From contig NW_026250425.1 in assembly GCF_024521635.1 (NCBI RefSeq), positions 124,001 to 188,000 on the forward strand: 64,000 nucleotides of DNA, written 5' to 3'. The stretch is from Tricharina praecox (taxonomy: Eukaryota). Below are positions 49,584-61,170 of this stretch, one piece after another. Made by a program: the position numbers and the translations under genes. How positions within the stretch are numbered: position 1 is the stretch's first letter; each line of letters begins with the position of its first letter. The notes under the pieces are model-generated. The model worked only from the letters and a program-made list of their open reading frames with translations. It made no database searches and was not told the origin of the DNA.

Positions 49584-50759
49584 GGAGGGAATGTAGGGGA
49601 CGCCGGTGCTGCGGGTTGGGATACTCGAAGGGTATCTTAGCCTTCTCCGGGAGTCTGTATCTGCAATTGCTGTTCCTTATTTTCTTCTAGTCTTGTTTCC
49701 TAACTTTGTGTGGCCGCTCTTGCTTCCCTTTACCCTGATCCTGCCGTGTTTCTTCCCGTTCCAGTTCCTGGTGTTCTGATCTCGTGCTTGTATTTCTTGT
49801 TCTTGTTGTTCTTTTTCCTTTTTTTTCCTTTTTTCATTTCCATTTCCATTCGACGATGACGATAGACCGAAGCCGGGGGGCGGGGGAAAGGAAAGGAAAG
49901 GCTTCTGTTCACGCGCTCACCTGATGATGATGAAATGGGGGGAGGTATGCTACTGGGGGCGTCTCTTCTACTATGTGTATCTAGGAGGCATTGTGGGTTC
50001 TGGTTTTGCGGGTTTTACGTACGCATGATGGGTATTCATTCTTTGCTCCATTGCCATTGCTAGTGCACTTTGCTTGGCTTTGCTTTGCTCAAGGAATGGT
50101 GGGATTTCACATAATTACCTGTGACGGTGCATATGATACTGCTTGTGGTGATTTTATGTGATGCCGTGATGGGATAGTCAATCGGAGGAGGAGGAGGAGG
50201 AGGAGGTAAAGATCACGAAGAATTGTCCATACCTCTCTCTATAACTGGTACACTGCCATCGCTCCGCCCGCCATCGGCCATCATTCCAGTCGCCGTTTAG
50301 ATCACCGTCTCCGTCTCCGCCTCCGTCTCCGTCCCAGTCCCAGTCCCAGTCCCGCATGTCCGCTGCCCGCTGCCCACGCCCGCGCCCGCGCCGGTGCCCG
50401 TGCCCGTGATCACTCCGCCAAGGCGCTACACGGACCACGCTCCGCAAGGATTGTTGCCAGATGATGATGAGCTCTTTCTCGCTTCCTGCATGATACGTAG
50501 AGTCTGAAAGTCCCAAAGTAAAATGCTCGCTCGCGCTGCTCGGTAGATAGAGAGGGAATCCCAACCTCCTCTGTATTTTTTTTCTCTCTCCAGAACGATA
50601 AACGATAAACGAGCAGCACACCCTTACTTTACCTGAAGGCGCACATATCATAACAAACGGCACACTTTACACGATACGAGACGAGACGGATAGAAGAGAC
50701 GACACGAGACGGACAGGATTGAAAACGAAAGAAAGAAAGGCAAGAGCGATTGAGACATC

Positions 50760-53295
50760 ATGAAGTGAGTGAGAGCGGCAGAGCGGCAGAGAAGGGTGTG
50801 TCCGTGTGTGCGTGTCTGTGTGTGTTACTGACGGTGGTGAACATCGCAGGTTCGGCCAGCAACTCCGCACGTCCCTGATCAAGGACTACCAATACCACTA
50901 CATAGCGTACGACGACCTAAAGTCGGAGCTGAAGACACGGCTGTCAGCGCACAGCCAATGGACCGAGGACGACGAGAAGGCGTTCGTGCGGGTTTTGGAG
51001 GCCGAGCTCGACAAGGTGTTCACGTTCCAGAAGGTCAAGAGCGGGGAGATCGTGCGGCGCATCAAGGTGTCGCAGAAGGAGGTCGAGGATGTCATCAAGC
51101 TGCTGGATTCGCGACGCACTGGGGAACAGGCGCCCACTGAGGAGGACTTTGAAATGCTCGAGGAGGACCTGAGCGATATCATCGCCGATGTCCACGATCT
51201 GGCAAAGTTCACGCAGCTCAACTACACGGGCTTTCAGAAGATCATCAAGAAGCACGATGTGAGTACACCACACCCTTCTTTTTATCTGCCCGTTCGGGGA
51301 TGAAGAGGCTAATTGGGTTAGAAACAAACCGGCTGGACCCTGCGCCCAATCTTCTCCGCGCGCCTGAATGCGAAGCCGTTCTTCCGTGATAACTACGACG
51401 AGTTCATCGTCAAGCTCTCGAGATTGTACGACCTTGTCCGTACGCGTGGGCACCCGACGCAGGGAGACTCCTCGGCCGGTGGCTCGCAGCAGAACTTCGT
51501 CAGGCAAACGACAAAGTATTGGGTGCATCCGGATAACATCACGGAGCTCAAGTTGATTATTCTCAAGGTGGGTAATTTGTGAAGGGGGGAGGATGAGGGA
51601 GGCATGACGGCTGACGGAATTGTTTAGCATCTTCCCGTCCTGGTGTTCAATGCCAACAAGGAATTTGAGAAAGACGATGCCGCCATCTCGTCCATCTACT
51701 ACGACAACAAAGATTTCGAGCTGTATCTTGGCCGTCTCCGCAAGGACGAAGGCGCCGAGGCTGTGCGATTGCGTTGGTACGGAGGAATGGAGACGGAACA
51801 GATCTTCGTCGAGCGCAAGACGCATCGCGAGGACTGGACTGGTGAGAAGTCCGTCAAGGCGCGATTCTCATTGAAGGAGAAGAACATCAATGCCTTTCTC
51901 CGCGGCGAGTATACCGTTCAACAAGCCTTCGAGAAGATGCGCAAGGAGGGAAAGAAGAGCGTGCAAGAGATCGAGTCCCTTGAGGCGCTTGCGAGGGAGG
52001 TGCAGTACACTGTGCTTGCCCACAGGCTGCAGCCTGTGGTGAGGAGTTTCTACAACCGCACGGCGTTCCAGCTGCCGGGCGACGCCCGCGTGCGTATCTC
52101 GCTCGATACAGAACTTTCGCTCATCCGTGAGGATAACTGGGACGGCAAGCAGCGCTCAGGAAAGGGCTGGCGCAGGACTGATATCGGAATCGATTTCCCG
52201 TTCAGTCAGTTGCCAGCGGCAGATATCGAGCGTTTCCCATACGCCATACTCGAGGTGAAGCTGCAGACACAGGCGGGACAGGAACCACCGGAGTGGGTCA
52301 AGGAACTCACCTCTTCCCATCTCGTCGAGGCCGTCCCCAAGTTCTCAAAGTTCATCCACGGATGCTGCACGCTGCATCCCGACAAGATCGATCTTCTCCC
52401 CTACTGGGCACCGCAGATGCACATCGACATCCGCAAGCCCATCACGCATCGCTTCGGCATCGAGCGGCCGAACCAGAGCGCATCCGTCTCCACATCCGAC
52501 GACCCATCGGATACCGAAGATGAAGACGACGCCCCCTCGGCCACCCAAACCCCCGCCAACGGTGCCGAGCCGCGCCTCATCGACATCACCGAATCCAACG
52601 GCAACGGCCACACCACCACCGCGGTCACGCACCAAGGCGGCAACGGCGTAATGGACGAAGAAGAGCGTCTCGCAGTGGACAACCAAGAGACCGAAGACTA
52701 CCCGATCTACGACTCGGAAGCCTCTGACGACGAAGACGACACACCGCTGCGCCGGCGGCGCCAGCCGGGCCTTACCAAGCGTGTGCAACGCGCCGGAACC
52801 TTAGCCCTCCACTACCTCAGCTACCTCATCCCGCGTCCGCGGTCCACCCAAGTCGAGATCCCGACGCTCCTCTCGGGCACCGTCTACGCGCGCAAATTCC
52901 GGGCACCTCCGGGCAAGCGCATTTTCGTCCCCGTGCGCGTGGAGCCAAAGGTGTACTTCGCGGCGGAGCGCACGTTCCTCTCGTGGTTCGAGTTCGCAAT
53001 CATCATGTCGGCGGTAGCCACGACGCTACTGAACTTCGCAGCGGACACCACCGGCGCCCTGCTCTACGCCTCCCTCGGCTTCACCATCACCGCAGTCGCA
53101 AGTCTCGTCTACGCCGCCGGATTGTATCTCTGGCGCGTAAGAATGATGCGTGCTAGGCGCGCCGTGGGCTACCATGAGAAATATGGACCTACCATACTCT
53201 GCGTGCTCATGGTGGTCGCCATCGCGGTCAACTTTGTCGGCGCTATGAAGGGGAAGGTCGGCGCGCCTGGGAAGGTGGGGAAGTTGGAGTTGTAG
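50760..53295 (+). CDS. VTC4: Vacuolar transporter chaperone 4, polyphosphate polymerase (SPX + VTC + TM)
   Basis: First coding exon ATGAA (50760-50764) and intron 50765-50849 give [15 protein letters not shown]. Also [48 protein letters not shown] and [18 protein letters not shown]. Confidence 0.97.
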
Positions 53296-53405
53296 ATATG
53301 GATATGGATGGGGATGAGACAACTAACTGCTTAACTGCTTAAGTATGCGTATGCGTTTGCGGTGAATGCTTGGTTTTGTTTTGTTTTGCGTGTGGTTGTT
53401 TTTTT

Positions 53406-53820
53406 TACTTGCGTGCGTGCGTGAGTGTGTTTTTTTTTGTCGAGTATTGAGGCTATGATGGAGATGGGAATTGAATTGATGGGGTGTTTCTCGTAATGAT
53501 TTCTCGGTGCCGACAATGGTGATACATGCTGGTCATTGGTCACTGGTTATGAAGTTGCGGATTTTGAGGTAATTGCCTACATAATGCTTTTGCATTGAGT
53601 GCGTATTTACTTGCGTGAGTGCGTGAGTGCGGTTTTTGTCGAGTATTGATGCTATGAAGGAGATGCGAATTGATGGGCTATTTTCGTAATCATGATTTCT
53701 CGGTGCCGATAAAGGTGATTCATCCATGCGGCTGATGAAGTAGTGGATCTTGAGTAATTGCCTATATAATGCTTTTACGCTGAGTGCCGGTTTGCTTGTG
53801 CGTACTCCAGTATTGATGCT
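53406..53820. repeat. Degenerate tandem duplication of about 190-200 bp (2 copies plus partial third) between convergent VTC4 and APC2
   Basis: Shared blocks TTTACTTGCGTG, TTTTTGTCGAGTATTGA-GCTATGA, ATGATTTCTCGGTGCCGA and GTAATTGCCTA-ATAATGCTTTT occur in 53406-53602 and 53607-53787. Confidence 0.85.
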
Positions 53821-54162
53821 GGTGCGTGGATGGATTGATGCGTGGATGCATATCCTATGCATATCAATCCTATGCAGTCTCGGCGATGTCTCGGCGATGT
53901 CTCGGCGTTCGAAAAAAGCGCAAGAGCACTCGGCGTCGGAGAAAAAAAAACATTTACAAATCGCACTCAAATTTAGTCCATGGTGCATTATAAAGACAAA
54001 CAAGTAAAGCAAGCTAAGAAACGTAGAGCAACACAACAGGTAGGTGTCTCTAAAACCAAACAAACAGCTAAAACCGAACGCCTAATCATGTCCCAATCCT
54101 AATCCCAATCCCATTACACCGCCTAAACAACTTTTTATCCTCCCAATGTGTGCTCAATCAGT

Positions 54163-57100
54163 CTACACAACCTTCCATCCACCTGGAGCATGCTCGATCC
54201 TGCCCCTCTCCTTCATCTCGACAAGAAACTCGCCGAGCTCCTCATTCAACCACCTAAAGCCGCCTGGCACCAGCATTCCCAGCATCATTCCGATTCGATC
54301 TCCATTCATAGCACCGCCATTGGTAAGCATGCCAATAACAAACTGTTCGACGACCTGGCGTTCCCTGGCCTTCTCCTCGTCGATGATGTCCAGATTCTCG
54401 GTAGCATAGTACGCCTGTTTCGCGGGTGAGGTCGCTTCATCCCCCTTCCTGAGGCTCTCAAGCACGGTGTACCATCCCGGCGGGTCTTCACGCAGCACAA
54501 CTTTGTCGGTCCAGAAGGCTAAGGCCGGTCGAAGGAGGGACGCGGGCATGTTGAGTTCCTGCTCGAGCTGCTCAAAGGCCATGGTCCGGGGCTCATCGTC
54601 AAGACTATCGTTGTCATTGAATGCGTGAATGACTGCGGCTTGGGCGGGGGTCGCGTCGGGAACGACGATGACGCGGTCTTCGAGCTCTATCTCGAGAGCG
54701 GCCGTGCCTTGGGACAGAAGCCATTCGAGCTTGCGCTTCTTTTTGAGGCGTTCAAAACCCTCTTGGTAGGCCTTCATGGCTTGTGTGATTACCGGCGGAA
54801 GGCGGAATTCGTCTTGTTTCAATTCGGGCCAGAATAGGTGCGAAAGGACTTTAGCGTGGAAAGGAGGAAGTTGGCCGAATGCCAGTGGTGCGGTGCTGCG
54901 GGCCATTTCACGGATTACGGAGTCCTGTCGTTTCGAGTCGCGCATATCCTTCAGCATTACGTCGCAGTTCTGCGTGGGTGGTTCTCCGAAGCGCAGTTTC
55001 AGCAGCTCAATAGTCCGGATTTCCTTATGAAAGTCGTAGACCGGCTCTGCGAGAAGTCGTGCGGACAGGATGTTCTGAACTTCCTTGAGCCAGACTTCCT
55101 TACTCTCATAGAGGGTAATTAGAGAGCCCACGACGTCAAGTCCCTTGTTGCGCCTGAACTCAGGACCAGCATCGATGGGATCCGGAACCCAGTTCATGTC
55201 GTCGTAGTCCATCTCTTCAAGGCCTCCAGACGTAGCATTGAGTGCGGGTATACCCTTCCCCAGCTCCGTGGCAAGTTCCGATAGTCCCTCTTCGATATCT
55301 GGTCCTACTAGTGATTCGGACATTATACCACGCACTATGACGCGTACCGTATCCTCACGCTCGCGCAAGTATCGGCGGATCCACTTGGATACCCGGTCAA
55401 GGAGAACACCGCGGGGATCCAACACGGTGAACGCACGGATCAAACGAACATACGCTCCGAGAACATCTGAAGTTGCTGCTGCGGGGTGAAGTATGCGGGC
55501 ACTGAGTGCTGCTGAAAACGTCGCGGTGAGATGCGCTCGCGTCTGAGGAGTGGAAATGTATGTCTGTGGGCTGTTAGTCCAGATCGCTTGAGCGCCACGC
55601 CACTGTGCGCTTACCTTCAGGTCTTCAACACCACCGAGACTCTGGGGCCAATCCACGATGATATCAAAGAGCTCATTCACTCGGAGCCTTCCAAGTCTTC
55701 CTATGGCGATCTTCTTCCATGTCTCAAGGTCCTCCCTACGTCTCTTCTGTTCCTCCTCCATGGTCCGAACAAAGTCCAGATCCATCCCTCCTCTCCTGCG
55801 CTTGTCTATACTCTCTCTAGTTACTCTCAAGCTCTCTCTAGGAGAAAGCTTGTCGAGCCTGACATCCCCAGCACCGTCGAGATCGTTCACTGTAGTGCAG
55901 AATAGTATATCGACGATCAATCGCGCGAGGGTATTCTCAACCCAATCTTCGAGTTCCCGGCCAGCAATGCTAGGGCTTCCCCAGCGCTGTGCAAACGTTT
56001 GGCAGATGTACATTGTGATGAGGGTGTTTATGACTTCAGCAAACACCCTCTCACCCCTCCTTCCTCCACCACCAACGCCAATTCTCTCCATAAGTTCCCA
56101 CAGCTTGAGAACCTTCCGTCGAGCCTCTGCCTGCGTCCCCTTGGGCTCCTTCTTGTAATGGTCAAAATCCGGGAGTCCGTCGAGCTCCGCAGGAATGATG
56201 GGAGTACCCTCGTCTGTAGCAATAATAGAATCGCCATCAAGGTCCGTCTCCGTAAGAAAACTCTGTGGCATTCGGTCGTAGATTGCGTCGTCTGCCTCAG
56301 TGGTATTTCCACTGATGATGGTGCTGGCCTCCTCCTCCTCGGCCTCCTCCTCCTCACTCATCGAGATACCAACTGAAACTCCGCAAAGTTCCAGGAAGAC
56401 GGTGTAGACTAGTTCGCTCCATGCCGGGTCTGGAAGCGAATAGGACATTATAGAATTGAGCGATCTGAGAAACAACCTAATCCGGGGATCATTTCTGTTC
56501 ACCTCCTGGGTCACATCCTTCTTCTTCATCCCCCTTCTTGGCGTTTTTCTCGGAGAAGGCTCGACGATCTGTACCTGTACCAGGAAGGTTCTGAACTGGT
56601 AGAGGTAAATCGACTGTGCGCCGGTCAAAGTGTTGAGGATCTTCTCTAGTAGTGCTGCCGGGTCCTCGGGCTTCTATTTTTCACAAACCAACAAATTAGC
56701 ACAACCCCTTCCACACACACACACACACACACACACCAAACAAGGGCAACTTACGCTAGGTATATCACACTCCTTCTTCACCCAACGCATAAAGTGTCTT
56801 CGGACCTCACACGTATACCACTCGGTAAGATTCTCCCTTCCTTGAAGATTACCATCCTCATTATTGAGCATGAGGTACCTGATGGCCTCAATCGCTTCTT
56901 TTGGTGGTGTACCACGGATCTTCATCCATTCCCTCACTGTATCTGGTAGCGGAGCATCTGGAAACTTCAAGAATGAAGTCGTGGTCTCCCATGCGCGTTG
57001 TTCGCGTGCGTGCAGTACCGCCGGACTTGGCAGAAGCGAAACGGCGTCGATGGAAGGAGACGATAGCGGGAACGGGTGGTGGCGGGTGTTGTAACCATGT

Positions 57101-57249
57101 GACGGAGTTGGTGGGGCAGGTGTTGGTGGGGCGGCAACCGGCGCCGAGGGGTTGGTTGTACCTGGTTTGCTAGGTAGAAAAACTGATTCGAACAAACGTC
57201 GGCGTGTCTCGGCAAACGTTAGCACGTTTGTTGGGGAGGCGACCGACAT
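54163..57249 (-). CDS. APC2: Anaphase-promoting complex subunit 2 (cullin-like)
   Basis: LGRLRVNELFDIIVDWP, RILHPAAATSDVL, LDPRGVLLDRV, YLREREDTVR, NWVPDPIDAGP, IELLKLRFGE and CDVMLKDMRDS; introns 56674-56754 (contains (GT)n) and 55564-55614. Confidence 0.95.
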
Positions 57250-59027
57250 CGCAGCTAGTGTGATTGTGGTGGTTGTGACCAGTGATGGTGAGTGAGGTGT
57301 GTGAGATGTGAGGGAAGACGCGAGGATGGTGGGGTATTGTCGAAAGTCATTCCGCGCGCACAAACATTTGGCACGCTAACGTTTCACGTGATAATTTTCA
57401 AGTTGGCTGACATCACTCGCACGACATAATTCCTTGTGAGAGTACAAACCCTAGGGTAAAATGCGTCACGCCGTATAGAGCGGGGAGGTTTTGCGGGGAG
57501 GGTCGACTTGCGGGGAGGGCTGGGAGACCGTGAAGACCGTGGAGACCGGGGAGAACGAGGAGAACGAGGAGTGTGGGGAGAAGCGGGCTCGGTTTCCTCA
57601 GGCGCAGAGGGGAGGATATATATGGGGCAAGCAGCAGTATCTAGAACCACAGCAATCTTAAGCAGCAGTTCGCGCTCGTATAGATGTTTAGGTCAGCCAC
57701 ATGAGCTCCTGAAAGCCATACATTGTCAACGCCGGTGGATTAACTATGTCCTTTTGTAGCCGTATCCTCGACCATCCGGTGGTTTGTTTGTTTATCCTTG
57801 ATTGCATGCCACCTAGGTAGCTGTTTGGAGGTAGGAAAGTACGAGTAGGAAGCGCTGGTGATATGGACACGGGGCCTGGCCGCGACACAGAAGCGGAGGA
57901 CTTCGACCATAGCCGATCGCGGACGGGGGGCTTCAATCTCTGGAAACGCCACCTCAACTTGAGGCTTCCCATTAATGTGGAACAGCTCAGAGGACCATGT
58001 CTCTAAGGCAGATACGGCGAAGTTTTGTGATCCCGGCTGAAAGGTTGGCGCTGTACTCAATATTGGGGGTGATCGAACTTCGTACTAGAAATCAAACATC
58101 ACGACTCTCTCAGCGGTCAGACGGCTAATCGCTGGGACCATCTGTCCAGGAGGATTGTCAGAATCCTAACAAACATGGTTCCAATCAGGCTTCGGTTACT
58201 ACCTATCTCACGGTGACCGAGGTCATTCACCCACAATCACTCGCGTTGGTGAGTACTGGCCTAAATCGACCAGAGTGTAGCTTTCTGACATCAATGAATG
58301 AACAAAAAAAAGTGTAGCTTTCTGTCGATGATTAAACCAAATTTTTTTAGCTTTTTGTCCTGATTGGCACATGAATGTAACAACCCATGAAGGATAGTCG
58401 CCGATGAATTCAATCCTGACATGCGACAGTTAGTCTTTTATGTAATATACTATATAACCACAATGCCGCGGCCGTTTTGAACCGATGATAAGCGGTTCTA
58501 GAACTCACTCTCTGGCCGTTAACTATGATCTTGTCTCATTTTTGTGCTGCGATATAGAGCGAATTGATTATTGAACGACCTTGATATTTGGCTTTGTGAG
58601 CTTCTCTTTCGCTTGTTGCGGTTGCTTCTGGCTGAGCCACTGCCTGGAATCTACTCTAGCCAGTTATGGCCACTCGCGGTAGCACACGCGTCGTTTCTTC
58701 CGGATGTGCTAGGACGTGGGAAAAAGGAGTGCGCAGCGGACAGTGGACAGTGGTCGCTGGTCGCTGGTCACTGGTCAGCTCTATTCAGCTCGTCTCTCTC
58801 TACTCTCTTTCGCTCTCTATACCACCCGCCATCACCACTACCACGGTCACGGACAAATTCCTCTCGCATTTGTCAATCCACGCGTTAACTACAGCTAGCT
58901 GCCTGTGCTCACGCTCACCGGTACTATCAAGCGCACCACCGCCTTCCCGACCCGGTCAAAGAATCCCAGATCCTACTGGTTGCGTGCCTACACATGATCG
59001 CACACCGACGATAGACGCGAATCCACA

Positions 59028-60686
59028 ATGCGCATCGTCTCCACCGTCCTCTCTGCCGCTCTTCTGTTCCTGTCCGCTGTCGCCACAGACGATGGCTCCA
59101 CCAAATCGGAAACATTCGACGAGACCAAGTATAGGCTCCAGCCACAGCTGCTGATTACGCCGATAACGCATCCCAATCTTTTTAGTGTACGCGGCCCCCG
59201 TGCAGATAGCTTCCTGGAGGAGCGAGGTAATGGCTTGCTCACACGGTGCGTGGTGTAGTTTACGGGCCGATGGCTGCGCTCCCCAACGGGTCATCCGCAC
59301 TGGCCTGCGTACCACTCGACGCTATGGCCCGGCAACTCGGTGACGATCCTGGTGTTCGGTGAGAAGGCAGAGGTGAAACTGCTGCCGAAGCCACAGGGCC
59401 CGGTGGAGCATTACTCGTTTGTAGTATCGGTGGACGGGGGAGCGGGCGTGCGCTACAATATCGATAACTTTGATACGAGCAAAATCACTAAGGAGGGCCA
59501 CCGCATTCCGATCGAGTTCGAGGCTGCGAAGGAGACACGCGGTGAGGGGGAGAGGAAGATTTTGAAGCCACATACAATACGCCTTACCAGTATCCCCGGC
59601 ACGCCCATCAGCTTCGAGGGTCTGCTGGTGGAGAATACGCAAGTGGTGCAGGGGCACGAGTGGATCGAGAAGCAGTCGCTACGACCGACCATTGAGTTTA
59701 TCGGTGAGGGGATCGACGCCGAGCGCCACGGGGGTTTCTACAGGGCGGATAAATACACTCCACCGGCGGGCGCGGCTCTCGAATCGCCTGTGGACGCTAT
59801 CTTCTCTACTCTGCACTACAAGCTCGGAGAGCGGTTAAGCGTGCGACATTCGCACTTTTCTGCTGGAACATGTCTCATAGGATACTGCGACAGCCGGCAC
59901 CTTCCGGGACTGACAGAACAGTACTTCTACACTTCCCCGCTGGACTTCACTGGCCACTCCCAAGACATCAAGGATAAGTTCGACCCGCGACACATCGACA
60001 ACCTGGTGACGCCCTGGCGCTTCCCCAGCACATCAGTTTCCACGAACCCCGTCAATTACGTCGTGGTTGACGTAGGAATCCAAGATATCCTCATGAGGAG
60101 CCAAAACGCGGACCTCTACACGCGCACATTGACCATCTTCCTCGCGCGTCTCCGTCAACAGGCGCATCCAAACGCAAAGATCCTGGTGATTGCCCACCGT
60201 GGCGCCCCACATCCCGATAACACCATCTTCGAACCGGACTTCACCACCACTTCTCTACGACTGGGCCTCTACACCTCCACACAACGCGCAGTCGCCAAGC
60301 TCGAGGATCCGGGCGTCATCTTCACGCCCGTCTATCTCGGTGGTGGCAAGGACCCGCAGGCAGCATACCTCCGTGCTATGTGTCCGCATCTCCTGGCGCC
60401 CGTTGGCGTCCTCGCGAAGACGAAAGCTGTGTTCAGAAAGGCGCAGCACATGAATAAGATGCAAAGAGTGTGTGTGGAAGTGGTGGGTGGAGGCTCAGGA
60501 ATGGGCGGTGATACGGTATTCATGATCATCATCATGGGGATGTGTGCGGCCGGCCTTTACGTTGCGAGGAGTACCGTCATCGGTGCGATTGCGGCGGTGG
60601 TCGGGAGGAAAAGGCTCGGGATGGGAGAGGAGGAGGGTCGGCTGTTGGGTGATGAGCCGGGGTCAAAAAGCAGCATGAGTAAGTAG
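59028..60686 (+). CDS. Signal-peptide, single-TM protein with a CE2/SGNH-esterase-like ectodomain (catalytic motif degenerate)
   Basis: Signal peptide MRIVSTVLSAALLFLSAVAT and phase-0 intron 59187-59258. FTGRW..WPG N-domain, IEFIGEGI (block I), VVVDVGIQD (block III), FLARLRQQAHPNAKILVI and TM VFMIIIMGMCAAGLYV. Confidence 0.7.
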
Positions 60687-61170
60687 AGAGTCGAGTAGAT
60701 GTTATTTTGTCTGGAGTTTTTTTTCTTGCCATTCGTTCCATAGCGGAGAGGTACCCTATTACATGTATCTATGTGAGATGGATCTGAAAGTTCAGTGCCA
60801 TTACTCTTGATGTGATATTCTCCCGAAGGTTGAAATGAGAAGCCGGCCGGGTAGGCTTCCAGGAAACAAGATCGGGACTTCCACTGATGATTCACACTGC
60901 CGGAAAGTAACAGCAGCCAATTGTGTAGGACTTCCTACAACACGGGATTCACAGCACGTTATATCGCGATGATCGCGATAACCAATCTGCATGATTCGAT
61001 AAGGACTTCTAAGCCCGTCATAGACAGTGACTCGCTCGCCTGAACGAGCAAACAACCCACCAAATTCCACTCTTCTTTTCCTGTCTTACCTGCGCATCAA
61101 CGAAGCTTTGTGACAACACTGCTTCCACGCTCGCTAAACTCCTACCTAACGACCAACCCAACGACGAAAG

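Noticed and set aside
49600..50760. Pho4/NUC-1 CACGTG sites upstream of VTC4
   Set aside because: Expected from phosphate regulation in other fungi, but no perfect CACGTG was seen in this interval.
13078..57249. RQC2, NEDD8 and APC2 as a ubiquitin/proteostasis gene cluster
   Set aside because: Widely spaced housekeeping genes interspersed with unrelated ones; chance co-location is sufficient.
58274..58345. AGTGTAGCTTTCTG direct repeats with spacers, CRISPR-like
   Set aside because: Eukaryotic genome, only two good copies plus one degenerate copy, related spacers and no cas genes; this is a simple local duplication.
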